A stretch of DNA of 63,108 nucleotides, counting the filler, from a candidate division TA06 bacterium SM23_40 (lineage in GTDB: Bacteria; LJUI01; SM1-40): assembly GCA_001303705.1 (NCBI GenBank). It is 5 parts of 5 records of this genome, joined end to end, with 100 filler letters (N's around TTAATTAATTAA, not from the genome) between each part and the next. Parts side by side here need not be neighbours in the genome. Positions count along the whole stretch, not along the records: positions 44,740 to 57,937 come from LJUI01000068.1; positions 58,038 to 63,108 come from LJUI01000188.1; 3 more parts are not named here. One strand, 5' to 3'. The position numbers and the translations under genes were made by a program. A model generated the notes under the pieces. The model had not been told where the DNA came from, made no database searches, and saw nothing but the letters and a program-made list of their open reading frames with translations. The stretch's first letter is position 1; each line of letters begins with the position of its first letter. This document shows positions 49,637 through 59,824 of this stretch, piece after piece.

Positions 49637-50836
49637 GTGAGAGAAGCAGAGATCGTGATGCTCGTTGTCGTCGTGCTGCTCTCGGTCTTCGGGGTGGTGA
49701 TGATCAATAGCGCGACACGAGGAGATCCGGCTCTGGAAGGGTATGTGAGGCGACAGATCCTCTGGCTCTGTATCGGGTTGGTGGGTCTGGTCGCGGCCGC
49801 GGTCGTGCCCTACCGGCTTTTCGAGGCCTTTGCCTATCCTCTGTATGCAGCTGTCCTCATCCTTCTCGTTCTGCTGCTGCTCGAACCCGCCTCGTTCGGG
49901 GCGAGACGGTGGATCGGTGTAGGACCGTTGCACTTTCAGCCATCGGAAATTGCGAAACTCGTAGTCATCTTCACGGTGGCGAAGTTGCTCGCCGGGCGAA
50001 AGCGCGGAGAGTCGAGGAGAAGAGATATCCTGTTCGTAGCAGCGGTTGTCGCCCTTCCCGCAGTTCTGATCCTTCTCGAGCCCGATCTCGGCACGGCGGC
50101 GAGCCTGGGGGCCCCCCTCATCCTCATGCTTTTCTGGAGGCGCGTCAATATCGCATACCTGCTCCTTCTCGTCGCGCCGCTCATCAGTCTGGTTACCGCC
50201 TTCTCGCTCATCACCTGGGCGGTATTCATGATCGCCCTCGTCGTCATCCTATATGCAGCACGGGTGCGGGTCATCGACGCCCTCACAGTCTTTCTTACCA
50301 GTTCGGTAGCCGGTATCATCACTCCTTTGGCATGGTCCCTGCTCAAGGATTACCACCGGAGGAGGATACTGGCTTTTCTGAATCCGGACCTTGACCCCCG
50401 CGGAGCAGGATGGCATCTCCTCCAATCGAAGATCGCCATCGGCTCCGGCGGGCTGCTCGGGAAGGGGTATCTGGCGGGAACCCAGAAGAAGCTGGCCTTT
50501 CTTCCGGAACGCCACACAGATTTCATATTCTCGGTGATCGGCGAGGAGTTCGGCTTGATCGGCGTACTTGTATTGATGGGCCTGTACTTCATCCTCATCT
50601 ACCTGGGGCTGCGCAATGCAGCTGAGGCGAGAAATCCGTTTGCCTCCCTGGTCGCTGTCGGGATCGTTTCGATCTTGACATTCCAGATATTCGTCAATAT
50701 CGGCGTCGTGACAGGATTAATGCCGGTGACAGGGATTCCCCTCCCCTTTGTCACCTATGGGGGTTCTTCACTTATGACGGCATTGGCCATGGTCGGCGTG
50801 TTGATGAATGTTGGCCGGCGGCGTTTCGAGTACTAG
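49637..50836 (+). CDS. rodA: SEDS peptidoglycan glycosyltransferase RodA
   Basis: GARRW, FQPSEIAK, EPDLGT, QSKIAIGSGG, LPERHTDFIF, PVTGIPLPF..YGGSS. Confidence 0.95.
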   Translation: MREAEIVMLVVVVLLSVFGVVMINSATRGDPALEGYVRRQILWLCIGLVGLVAAAVVPYRLFEAFAYPLYAAVLILLVLLLLEPASFGARRWIGVGPLHFQPSEIAKLVVIFTVAKLLAGRKRGESRRRDILFVAAVVALPAVLILLEPDLGTAASLGAPLILMLFWRRVNIAYLLLLVAPLISLVTAFSLITWAVFMIALVVILYAARVRVIDALTVFLTSSVAGIITPLAWSLLKDYHRRRILAFLNPDLDPRGAGWHLLQSKIAIGSGGLLGKGYLAGTQKKLAFLPERHTDFIFSVIGEEFGLIGVLVLMGLYFILIYLGLRNAAEARNPFASLVAVGIVSILTFQIFVNIGVVTGLMPVTGIPLPFVTYGGSSLMTALAMVGVLMNVGRRRFEY

Positions 50837-50903
50837 CCCGGAGGCTATCTGGCGGGCGATTCGCGCGGACGAGGCTTCGTCCCTCCAAAGGAAAGAAAGT
50901 GCG

Positions 50904-51701
50904 TTGAAACCTATTCTGATCGATCTCGGCCCGCTATCCATTCACAGCTATGGCCTCATGTTGGCCATTGCCTTCCTTGTCGGCATCGGCTTCGTGATGA
51001 GACGTATGGCACGATATGGTGTAGACACGACGCCTATTGCCGATCTGGCCATCGTCGTGCTCCTCAGTGCCGTCGCGGGCGCGCGACTCATGTTTGTCCT
51101 GTTTCATCTGTCGGACTACATCCAGCGGCCGCTCGACGTGTTCGTGATCTGGAAGGGCGGCCTTCAGCTGTATGGGGGGCTCATTCCTGCCATCATCGCT
51201 GGCGCGGTCTTCCTCCGCCTGAAACGGCTTCCCCTGGGGCAGGTCGCTGATAGCGTGGCAATGGCCTTCTTCCTCGGCGTCTTCTTCACGCGGATCGGCT
51301 GTTTCCTCAATGGATGTTGCTTCGGCCATCCTACGGACATGGCGTGGGGGGTACGTTTCCCCGCGGGGTGTGCAGCGAGCTACTTCCTCCCGGGCCAGCG
51401 GCTCCATCCGACACAGCTCTATTCGGCCCTGGCCGGTCTCGCCACCTTCGGCCTGCTCCTTGCGCTAGAGCGGTGGAGCAGGAAGCCGGGCGTCATCTTC
51501 TCGGCAGGCCTCGTCCTGTACGGGCTCGGTCGAACTATCCTCGATTTCTTTCGCTTCTATGAGGAGAGCAACGTCGTGATGCGGCTCGATTCAGCAGTCA
51601 TCAATGTGAACCAGATCGTGAGCCTGGCTCTCATCGTTGCAGGGGTGGTCATGATGGCGATGCTGATGCGGAGGGGCGGGAAAGGCTTGCGAGAACCGTA
51701 G
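50904..51701 (+). CDS. lgt: Prolipoprotein diacylglyceryl transferase
   Basis: IHSYG, GARL, WKGGL..YGG, RIGCFLNGCCFG, HPTQLY; TTG start. Confidence 0.93.
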   Translation: MKPILIDLGPLSIHSYGLMLAIAFLVGIGFVMRRMARYGVDTTPIADLAIVVLLSAVAGARLMFVLFHLSDYIQRPLDVFVIWKGGLQLYGGLIPAIIAGAVFLRLKRLPLGQVADSVAMAFFLGVFFTRIGCFLNGCCFGHPTDMAWGVRFPAGCAASYFLPGQRLHPTQLYSALAGLATFGLLLALERWSRKPGVIFSAGLVLYGLGRTILDFFRFYEESNVVMRLDSAVINVNQIVSLALIVAGVVMMAMLMRRGGKGLREP

Positions 51702-51713
51702 TGGGTCGGACTC

Positions 51714-53138
51714 TCAGGATCGATCACGTATGGACAGAAGGATGCGCTGGGCCTCAAACGACGCGAGTTCCTTCTCATAAAACCCTCGGAGCGATGCATA
51801 ATCCTGCCTCCCCATGAGGGAGTACGTCATCTGCTTCCCTTCCTCGACTCCCGGCTGGTCAAAGGGATTCACGTCCCAGAGTCTGGCGATGAAGATGACG
51901 AGCACCTCCATGAAGTAGAACAGGGCGCCGAGCGTGTGAGCGGAGATGTCCCTCAGGACTATTCGATAGCAGGGGCGTCCTGCGCGGACGAGGCTCATCT
52001 CGGTCGCCAGCTGTTCGATCTTTAGCTGCTCGCCCATCGTGTGGCCCGCGAAGTACGAATATTCCTTCTCTGAGGGGAATCCCCCGGCGATCCTCACGTC
52101 GGCGGTAAAGGCGTCGATGGTGACGAATCCATACGCCTTATCGTTGGGTCCCTCCTTGAACAACTGCAATAGTGAGTGCTGATCAGTGGCGCCGAGGGCC
52201 GCCAGCGGGGTGGTGCCTGAGTTGACGATCGCTCCAGCCGTTGACTCTTTCTTCCCGAGACTCTCCGACCAGAGCTGCACGAACCAGAGTCCGAACTGAG
52301 CGAGCGACGTGCCGTAGCTGAAGAGCACGTGGATCGACTTACCTTTGGCGGCGAGTTCAGCGAGGCAGGATCCCAGGAGCAGAACAGGGTTCTGCCCGGC
52401 GGGGGTATCGAGGATGGCCTGATGGGTCGCCCGCGCCCCAGCCAGCAGTTGCCTGCTGTCGATCCCGATGAGTTCCGCCGGGAGGAATCCCACCGGGGAT
52501 AGAACGGAATACCTCCCCGGCAGGTCTGGCGGCATATGGAAGGTGTGACACCCGAGGCGTTTCGCTATTCGGTTGATGCCGTTATCGCCGGGGGCACAGA
52601 TGATGACGATATCCTCCTGAGAGCCCCCTGCCTTTGCGTATCTGTCGAGGAAATGGAGGAAATTGGCGGCCGATTCCGGCGTCGAGCCGGATTTGCTGAT
52701 GTAGATGAGGCCGGTCGTTCGGGGATCGAGGAAGGCGCCTACCTGCTCCGCCATGACTGGATCGACATTGTCCAGAACCAGGACTCGCGGTTCGTCGTGG
52801 GCAAGCGCCTGACGATGATGGAACGGCCCCTTCAGCGTCTGCTCGATGGCGCGGAATCCGAGGCTCGACCCTCCGATACCGAAGAGGATGAAATCTCTGT
52901 ACTTCTCGCGCAGGGACGCGGCTGTCTCCCTGACAGCCGGCAGGGAAGGATCTGAGAACGGGCGGGCGATCGGGAGGTCGTTCTTCTCCAGGGCATCTCG
53001 TATCTCATCGAATGGAGAACCGTATCGCTCGTCGATTGATCGAAATGCCGACTGCGAAAGGAAGTTCTCAGAATCCTCGTCATTCACCAGATGACCGACA
53101 TCGATCGTCAGGATCTCCACCATCGCCGATACTCCCAT
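51714..53138 (-). CDS. pgi: Glucose-6-phosphate isomerase (short form)
   Basis: GIGGSSLG, DNVDP, ISKSGSTPE, GRYSVLS, QLWSESLGK, GATDQHS, FDQPGVEEGK. Confidence 0.93.
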   Translation of the reverse strand: MGVSAMVEILTIDVGHLVNDEDSENFLSQSAFRSIDERYGSPFDEIRDALEKNDLPIARPFSDPSLPAVRETAASLREKYRDFILFGIGGSSLGFRAIEQTLKGPFHHRQALAHDEPRVLVLDNVDPVMAEQVGAFLDPRTTGLIYISKSGSTPESAANFLHFLDRYAKAGGSQEDIVIICAPGDNGINRIAKRLGCHTFHMPPDLPGRYSVLSPVGFLPAELIGIDSRQLLAGARATHQAILDTPAGQNPVLLLGSCLAELAAKGKSIHVLFSYGTSLAQFGLWFVQLWSESLGKKESTAGAIVNSGTTPLAALGATDQHSLLQLFKEGPNDKAYGFVTIDAFTADVRIAGGFPSEKEYSYFAGHTMGEQLKIEQLATEMSLVRAGRPCYRIVLRDISAHTLGALFYFMEVLVIFIARLWDVNPFDQPGVEEGKQMTYSLMGRQDYASLRGFYEKELASFEAQRILLSIRDRS

Positions 53139-53148
53139 TACGCCGAGA

Positions 53149-53523
53149 TCAGGTCTGACTCCGGCCGTACATGTCCTCGAACCTCACGATATCGTCCTCG
53201 TCGGCGTGCCCGAATGAGATCTCCAGTACTCTTCCCTGTGCGCCGCGCGAAGCGAGCCGGTGCTTCACTCTTCTCAAAATTACGATCTCGTCGCCGGGCT
53301 TCGGCTCCAGTACTTCATCATCGAGCTCTACCTGAAGACCTTCGTCCAGTATGACCCAGAGCTCGTCTCTGTGCTCGTGGGACTGTTTGCTCAGCATCTG
53401 TTTGGGGTCCACGGTGAGCACCTTGACGGTGCATTCCTCATTGTGCGTATACCGTCTGAACTTCCCCCATGGTCTCACGTCTTGGAGGATTCTCTCCCTG
53501 ATTGCATTCTCCTCTGGATCCAT
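53149..53523 (-). CDS. Cupin, mannose-6-phosphate isomerase type II C-terminal-like
   Basis: RPWG, LSKQSHEHRDELW, KHRL, LEISFG..DEDDIVRFEDMYGR. Confidence 0.88.
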   Translation of the reverse strand: MDPEENAIRERILQDVRPWGKFRRYTHNEECTVKVLTVDPKQMLSKQSHEHRDELWVILDEGLQVELDDEVLEPKPGDEIVILRRVKHRLASRGAQGRVLEISFGHADEDDIVRFEDMYGRSQT

Positions 53524-53960
53524 TGCTACATCTCCCTCAGGGTCGTCTTGAACCGATCAGAACGCCATTTCGGCATCCAGGTCTGAAGATCGGGCTGAGC
53601 CTGCTGTCCCCACCGGCTGAGAGATACACGAAAATGCGATCGATGTCAATCGGAAACAGAGCGGCAAGTATACGATGTCCTCACGTGGGCATCCGCATCG
53701 CGCTTGTGCCTGTTCATCCTGTTCGTGCAGTTGCCGATATCGATGGCGTCTCCCGGGAACATAGGGGGTCTGTTCGGCGCAACTTCTCTCTTTTTCTGGT
53801 TGACGGAAAGAGATGAGTGTGATATATGTAAATTGAACCGGGTACGCACTACCTGAAATGGAGATTCTTGCCCGGTGTGTCAGATGGAAGTCGTGTGACC
53901 CACTTTCTGGCGCGCCTGCTGTGGTGGGCCATTTTTTTCCCCCCGGGCCGGGCGTGCATT

Positions 53961-54060
53961 GGCAGCCAGGGGTCCTGCCCGCATGTCGGAGCTCCTAGCC
54001 GGATGTCGGAGGTCCTGCTGGCATCTCGGAGGTCGGACCCGGATGTTGAGGGTCCTCCGG
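53961..54060. repeat. 20-bp tandem repeat (4-5 units) upstream of the C25 gene
   Basis: GCATGTCGGAGCTCCTAGCC / GGATGTCGGAGGTCCTGCTG / GCATCTCGGAGGTCGGACCC / GGATGTTGAGGGTCCTCCGG. Confidence 0.75.
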
Positions 54061-54099
54061 CACCTGGGGAATAGGGTCGCACGTGATGGAGGTAGTAGC

Positions 54100-57000
54100 A
54101 TGAGCGTGCGCTTCATCATATCCGTGCCTCTTCTCGTGGTGTCTGTGTGGGGAGTAGTGAGCGGCAGTACGTGGGCAGCTTCCACTGATACCGAGGACGC
54201 GATGTGGACAGCTGCCAGGGCCGTCGAAGAGAGTGTCCTGCTCGAATCCGTGACGATAGACGGCCAACTGACGCGGGTCAACTACAGCTTGCCGTCAGGT
54301 ACCGCGACGGCGTGGCTGGAGGCGGCGCATTCCTTCGCGGGGGATCACGTGTACTCTCCTTCATCCGATGCTGATGTGGTCCAGACCGCCGGACCGGCCG
54401 ATCAGCTTCGCCGGTCCGGGCCGTATCCGGACGTAGCCGCGTTTGTCCGCCTGGCCGACCGGGGTCGGGTTCGTGTACGGATCACCAATGCCACGATGGT
54501 CGATCACGAGGGTGCGATTTCGCACGATCCAACGGGTCTCGCGGCCTCCGGTGAAGCAGGGCCTGGGACCGGGGGGACAGGGACGCCGGTCCAGGCCGGC
54601 GAGCCGGTCATACTGCGCGATCTCCGCCTGCTCCCGCTCACGATCGTGCCTGTCGCTTTCGATTCTGCGGGGACGATACGTGGTGTATATACGGAACTGA
54701 CCGTTGAGGTGGAGTGTGACGGCGTGGCCGGGGTGAACGAGAAAGTGCGCCCGGCGCGCGCACGGTCGAGGCCGTTCGCATCGCTCTATGGGTCGTTGCT
54801 TCCCGAGCACGTGTCTCCGCTGGAGGGGAGCGGGGAGCCAGGGGCGTATCTGTTCATCGTCCCTGACAGCGAGTACGACCGAATCCTGCCGCTCGTTGAG
54901 TGGAAGCGGCTCGTAGGACACGACACGGCCGTAGCCCTGACGTCTCAGATCGGACCCTCGGAATATCAGATCCGGACCTACATTCAATGGGCGTACGATA
55001 ACTGGGACCCGCCGCCGACCTACGTAGTGCTCGTGGGCGACATCGACGGAGACATCGCAGTGCCGACGTGGACGTACCAGGCAGACGCTGAGACAGACGT
55101 CACGGATCTGCCGTATGGACTTCTGGAAGGAGATGACTATTTCCCCGAAGTGATGGTGGGACGTCTCTCAGTGCGCACGTCGAGTCAGCTCGAGACGATT
55201 GTGGCGAAGATCCTCTCGTACGAGCGCGATCCTCATGTTGCCGATCCGGGCTGGTTCGAGCGGGCCCTCATGATTGCCGATACGACGAGCATATCGTGCC
55301 TGTGGACCAAAGAGTGGGTGAAGAATCTGATGCTCGACCACGGGTACTCGGAGATCGATACTGTATGGTACTCCTGGTACATCAACCCCTCGCCGGTCTT
55401 CTCTTCGATCAACCAGGGCGTTGGTTTCGTGAACTATCGCGGGTTCGCGTACTGGGGAGGGTTCTCCAATGGCTACGTCTATGCTCTCAGCAACGGCCAT
55501 CGTCTCCCGGTGGTGACGGATATCGTCTGTGAGGGGGGCGACTACGAGTGGCCTGAGTGCTTTGGCGAGGCGTGGATACGGGCCGGATCCGCACTCGTCC
55601 CGAGAGGAGCGGTCACCTACATCGGGACGAGCGAACTCTATACGCACACTCGATTCAATAACTGCCTCGATACGGGAATATACCACGGCATCTTCGAGGA
55701 GGGGCTCGCCACGCCAGGCCTGGCGCTGCTGCGAGGGAAGCTTGAGCTGTACAATGATTTCCCCCATAACCGCGGTTCAGGGGGGCCTGACAACTCGGTG
55801 GAGTGCTACTTCCACACCTATAACATCCTGGGCGATCCCGGCCTGGCGATGTGGACCGCGGCCCCTCAGGCGATGACGGTCGATCACCCGGAGCGTATTC
55901 CGGTGGGTACGAACCTCATCGAGGTGACCGTACACGATTCGAGTACCGCCTTGCCGATCGAAGATGCGCTCGTGTCGCTCGTGGGCAGCGAAGCCGCTCA
56001 CGGGTGGACCGATGGATCGGGCTCGGCCCGACTCATCGTCGACATCCAGGTCCCTGATTCGATAGCGGTGACAGTGACGAAGGCGAACAGCCGGCCGTAC
56101 ACGGGGCACCTGCTCGCCGAGAGTGACGCGCTCTGTCTCGGGTATTGGGCCCACTCGATCGATGACGACACCCTTGGCGCAAGCCAGGGAAACGGGGATG
56201 GCGTCATCAACCCGGGTGAGAGGATCGAGCTTGCCGTCCAGATAAGGAATTTCGGCCTCGACAGCACCGCTGTCGACCCGAGATCACTGCTGCATTCGAC
56301 CGATCCCTACGTTGCGGTGATCGATTCGATCGAGCTCTTCGGAGATATCCCACCGGGCGACATTGCAGTTCCACTCGCTCCGTTTGTGGTCGATGTCTCG
56401 CCACTCAGCCCCCATGACCATTGTGCACAGCTTGAGCTTCAGATGTCGGCCGCCAGTGGCGACACGTGGGATGCTGGCTTCGACCTGCTCCTCGGCGCCC
56501 CTCGTCTCACCTATGCTGGACGCGTGATCGACGACGGCGATGACGGAGTGCTCGACCCCGGCGAATCGGCCTCGCTCGTCATCTCACTGGCAAACAGCGG
56601 CCCGCTCGGCATCACTTCAGTACACGGCTCCCTCGAATCGTCTCACACCGGGATCGATATCCTCGGCGGCGAGGCACTGTTCGGCGATATCGCGGCGAAC
56701 GGTGGTGGAGGCAATGGAGAGGACCCGTTCTTCTTGTCCGCCGCACCTGAGATTCCCCGGGGCACGAAGGTCGACTTCTCTCTCGTCTTGAGCGGGGTGT
56801 TGCCCAATGCACATCGCTACCGCCAGATCGTCGACTTCTCTCTCCATGTCGGGGCTGCAGGCGAAGACGATCCCTTGGGACCTGACATCTATGGGTACTA
56901 TGCGTTCGACAGCGGAGATACGGTACGCTACGCCGAGGCCCCCCGCTTCGAGTGGATCGAGATAGACCCCGCTTACGGCGGTGGGGGGTCGATGCTCAAC

Positions 57001-57912
57001 ATCGACGATTACGGCTATCAGCTCGATGCGACGGCCGTGCTCGATCTCCCGTTCACGTTCCGATACTATGGCGAGGATTACGACTGCATCAGTGTCTGCT
57101 CGAATGGGTGGATCGCCATGGACACGACGTGGATGACCGGGTTCCGCAACTGGCCGATCGGAGCGCCTCTCTGCCCGAAGGGAGTCGTCGCCCCGTTCTG
57201 GGATGACCTGTTCATTCCCTCGCCGGACTCTTCCGGGATATTCTACTACCACGATGCTGCGGGGAAACGGTTCATCGTCGAGTGGAGCCGTGTGCGGATC
57301 ATCGTACAGAGCTGGGCGCATCCATTTCGCCAGACATTCCAGGTGATCCTTCACGACCCGGCCTACACCAGCACGCCGACGGGAGACGGGGAGATCGTCT
57401 TCCAATACAGAAATGTGCTGAATGCAGACAACTACGACAACTATGCGACGGTTGGCATCCTTTCCCCATCCGGCACAGATGGCCTTGAGTATACGTATTC
57501 CAGTCTCTATCCTCCCCAGGCAGGAGCGCTCCACGACGGTCTCGCGATCAAGTGGACGACCGAACTGGGAGAAGTGATCCCGACCGAGGTGGAGGGCGAG
57601 CCTGACGTCGAGCTGACTGCGCCCCCCTCCTGGGCCCTTTCCCAGAGCTATCCCAATCCGTTTTTCGCCTTTCGCGGCCCGGCTACGATCACGTACGGGC
57701 TTCCCCGCGACGCTGCAGTAGAGCTTGCCGTGTACAACGTGATGGGACAGCTTGTGCGCACGCTCGTTGCAGAAGATCAGTCTGCTGGGGTGTACACCGT
57801 TACGTGGGACGGGAGGGACGCCCAGGGCGGGCGCGTGGCGAGCGGCGTCTACTTCTACAGCCTCGTGACGCCACAGGAAGATCTCGTCCGCAAGATCGTT
57901 CTCATCAACTAG
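54100..57912 (+). CDS. Gingipain-like C25 family protein with Ig-like repeats and FlgD/T9SS-type C-terminal domain
   Basis: Signal peptide; LVEWKR, YVVLVGD, PEVMVGRLS, YNILGDP, GDGVINPGE/DGVLDPGE repeats, SYPNPF..VYNVMGQLVRTL..WDG..SGVYFY; RBS GGAGGT. Confidence 0.88.
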   Translation: MSVRFIISVPLLVVSVWGVVSGSTWAASTDTEDAMWTAARAVEESVLLESVTIDGQLTRVNYSLPSGTATAWLEAAHSFAGDHVYSPSSDADVVQTAGPADQLRRSGPYPDVAAFVRLADRGRVRVRITNATMVDHEGAISHDPTGLAASGEAGPGTGGTGTPVQAGEPVILRDLRLLPLTIVPVAFDSAGTIRGVYTELTVEVECDGVAGVNEKVRPARARSRPFASLYGSLLPEHVSPLEGSGEPGAYLFIVPDSEYDRILPLVEWKRLVGHDTAVALTSQIGPSEYQIRTYIQWAYDNWDPPPTYVVLVGDIDGDIAVPTWTYQADAETDVTDLPYGLLEGDDYFPEVMVGRLSVRTSSQLETIVAKILSYERDPHVADPGWFERALMIADTTSISCLWTKEWVKNLMLDHGYSEIDTVWYSWYINPSPVFSSINQGVGFVNYRGFAYWGGFSNGYVYALSNGHRLPVVTDIVCEGGDYEWPECFGEAWIRAGSALVPRGAVTYIGTSELYTHTRFNNCLDTGIYHGIFEEGLATPGLALLRGKLELYNDFPHNRGSGGPDNSVECYFHTYNILGDPGLAMWTAAPQAMTVDHPERIPVGTNLIEVTVHDSSTALPIEDALVSLVGSEAAHGWTDGSGSARLIVDIQVPDSIAVTVTKANSRPYTGHLLAESDALCLGYWAHSIDDDTLGASQGNGDGVINPGERIELAVQIRNFGLDSTAVDPRSLLHSTDPYVAVIDSIELFGDIPPGDIAVPLAPFVVDVSPLSPHDHCAQLELQMSAASGDTWDAGFDLLLGAPRLTYAGRVIDDGDDGVLDPGESASLVISLANSGPLGITSVHGSLESSHTGIDILGGEALFGDIAANGGGGNGEDPFFLSAAPEIPRGTKVDFSLVLSGVLPNAHRYRQIVDFSLHVGAAGEDDPLGPDIYGYYAFDSGDTVRYAEAPRFEWIEIDPAYGGGGSMLNIDDYGYQLDATAVLDLPFTFRYYGEDYDCISVCSNGWIAMDTTWMTGFRNWPIGAPLCPKGVVAPFWDDLFIPSPDSSGIFYYHDAAGKRFIVEWSRVRIIVQSWAHPFRQTFQVILHDPAYTSTPTGDGEIVFQYRNVLNADNYDNYATVGILSPSGTDGLEYTYSSLYPPQAGALHDGLAIKWTTELGEVIPTEVEGEPDVELTAPPSWALSQSYPNPFFAFRGPATITYGLPRDAAVELAVYNVMGQLVRTLVAEDQSAGVYTVTWDGRDAQGGRVASGVYFYSLVTPQEDLVRKIVLIN

Positions 57913-57937
57913 GGGGCCTCGACTACTTAATTCATTT

Positions 57938-58037
57938 NNNNNNNNNNNNNNNNNNNNNNNNNNNNNNNNNNNNNNNNNNNNTTAATTAATTAANNNNNNN
58001 NNNNNNNNNNNNNNNNNNNNNNNNNNNNNNNNNNNNN
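57938..58037. other. Artificial contig linker
   Basis: N44-TTAATTAATTAA-N44. Confidence 0.98.
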
Positions 58038-59788
58038 CGCAGTCTGTCGGACTCGACATATGAACCCTCTTGATGGACGTGATCTCCCAGCACCTCCCGC
58101 AACGCGGCCTGGAGGAGGTGCGTCGCGGTATGGCTGCGGGCTATGCCCTGGCGTCGGCTCCCGTCGACGCTCGCCACCACCTCTTCATCTGTGATCTGAC
58201 CGCGGACAAGCGTGCCGATATGAACGACGACGTCATCTTCGTACACAGTATCCGTGATCCGCACCTCGAAACCCTCGCCCCGGATCGTGCCCGTGTCCCC
58301 GACCTGGCCACCCGCCTCTGCATAGAACGGAGTTCGATCGAGCACGATCGCAACCGACTGCGTGTCGTGCCGTCTCCACCGGGCGATCATCGCCTTCGCT
58401 TCCAGCGTCTCATAGCCGACGAACTCGACGCTCGGGCAATGCCGGAACTCTTCCCACGTTCCTGCCGCGGCCTCCGATTCGAATTTAGATGCCGCCTTCG
58501 CCTTCTCCCGCTGTTCGGCCATTGCCCGCTCGAACCCTTCGATCTCGACGCCGAGGCCGTAGTCCTGAGCCATCTCCCGTGTCAGATCGACCGGGAACCC
58601 GTAGGTATCGTACAGACGGAATGCCGCGTCTCCGGGGATCTGTTGTGCCCCGCTCCGCTTCGCCTCGAGAGCGACACGCTCGAAGATCATGATCCCCTGT
58701 TCCAGGGTATTGAAGAATCGCTCTTCTTCCGAGTGTATGACGAGTGCGATCTGTTCCTGCCGTTCGCGCAGCTCAGAATAGGCATCTCCCATGACATCGA
58801 CGACCACACCGGCCAGGCGATAGAGGAATGGCTCGTGGATCCCGAGGATCCTGCCCTGACGCACCGCGCGGCGGAGCAGCCGGCGGACCACGTATCCCCG
58901 ACCCTCGTTTGCGGGGAGGACGCCGTCCGCTATGGCGAACGAGAGCGCCCGCGCATGATCGGCCACGATGCGCAGGGCCCTCAGGTTCTTTCCCTCAGCC
59001 TGCCGGTCGATCCCGGCGATCTCTATCGCCATTTCCACGATAGGAGCGAAGACATCGATGTCGAAAATCGTCTCAACGCCCTGGAGCACGAGCGCCAGTC
59101 GCTCGAGCCCGAGCCCTGTGTCGATCCCACGATTCTTCAGTGCGTGGCGATGTCCATCTTCATCCTGGTCGAACTGGGGGAAGACGATATTATACACTTC
59201 GAAAAATCTGTCACAGTCACAGCCCACACCGCACGTCGCACGGCGGCACCCGTACTCAGGACCGCGGTCGTAGAAGATCTCGGAGCATGGACCGCACGCC
59301 CCGGTGGCCCCTGCAGGACCCCAGAAGTTGTCTTCGTCCCCCAGCCGGGCGATCTTGGCGGGATCGAGTCCGATCACCCCCCGCCAGACATCGTACGCCT
59401 CGTCATCGCTGTCGTGGACGGAGACGGCCATCTGTTCGGGAGGGACGCCCGCAACATCGCGCATGAACTCCCAACCCCACTCGATCGCCTCGCGCTTGAA
59501 GTAGTCTCCGAACGAGAAATTACCGAGCATCTCGAAGAATGTATCGTGCTTGATACTGGTACCTACCTCATCGAGGTCACTCAGGCGGAGACACTTCTGC
59601 ACGCTCGCCGCCCTCGTATACGGGAGCGGCACGGTACCCGCCCACAGCGGCTTGAACTGCACCATCCCCGCATTGGTGAACAGCAGCGTCGGATCCCCCC
59701 TGGGAACCAGCGATGAACTGGGAACGATAGTATGCCCTCGTTCGGCAAAGAACTCAAGGAATGCACGTCGTATTTCGGCCGTCGTCAT
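58038..59788 (-). CDS. alaS: Alanine--tRNA ligase (3' end truncated)
   Basis: DPTLLFTNAGMVQFK, FFEMLGNFSFGDYFK, IDTGLGLER, RLYDTYGFP, TPFYAEAGGQVGD, HTATHLL. Confidence 0.97.
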
Positions 59789-59824
59789 AACGCGAGATGT
59801 CTCCTATCGATATCCGACTCGAAA

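Noticed and set aside
49615..49660. Frameshifted rodA start (MTDRSLWRE in another frame)
   Set aside because: GTG 49637 has a well-spaced AGGAG RBS and yields a complete RodA.
45356..51701. mreBCD-mrdA-rodA-lgt (and cinA-thpR-recA-recX-alaS) as novel systems
   Set aside because: Ordinary, widely conserved housekeeping gene orders.
53590..53650. TPP riboswitch (GGCTGAGA-GATAC)
   Set aside because: The downstream ACCTGA/TAAT/GCGTAGG core is missing and no thiamine gene follows.
58070..59716. 548-aa plus-strand ORF, and similar long ORFs at 4662-5891, 12277-13353, 17024-18133, 23837-25042 and 27238-28305
   Set aside because: Antisense shadows of well-supported genes, expected in high-GC DNA; no recognisable motifs.
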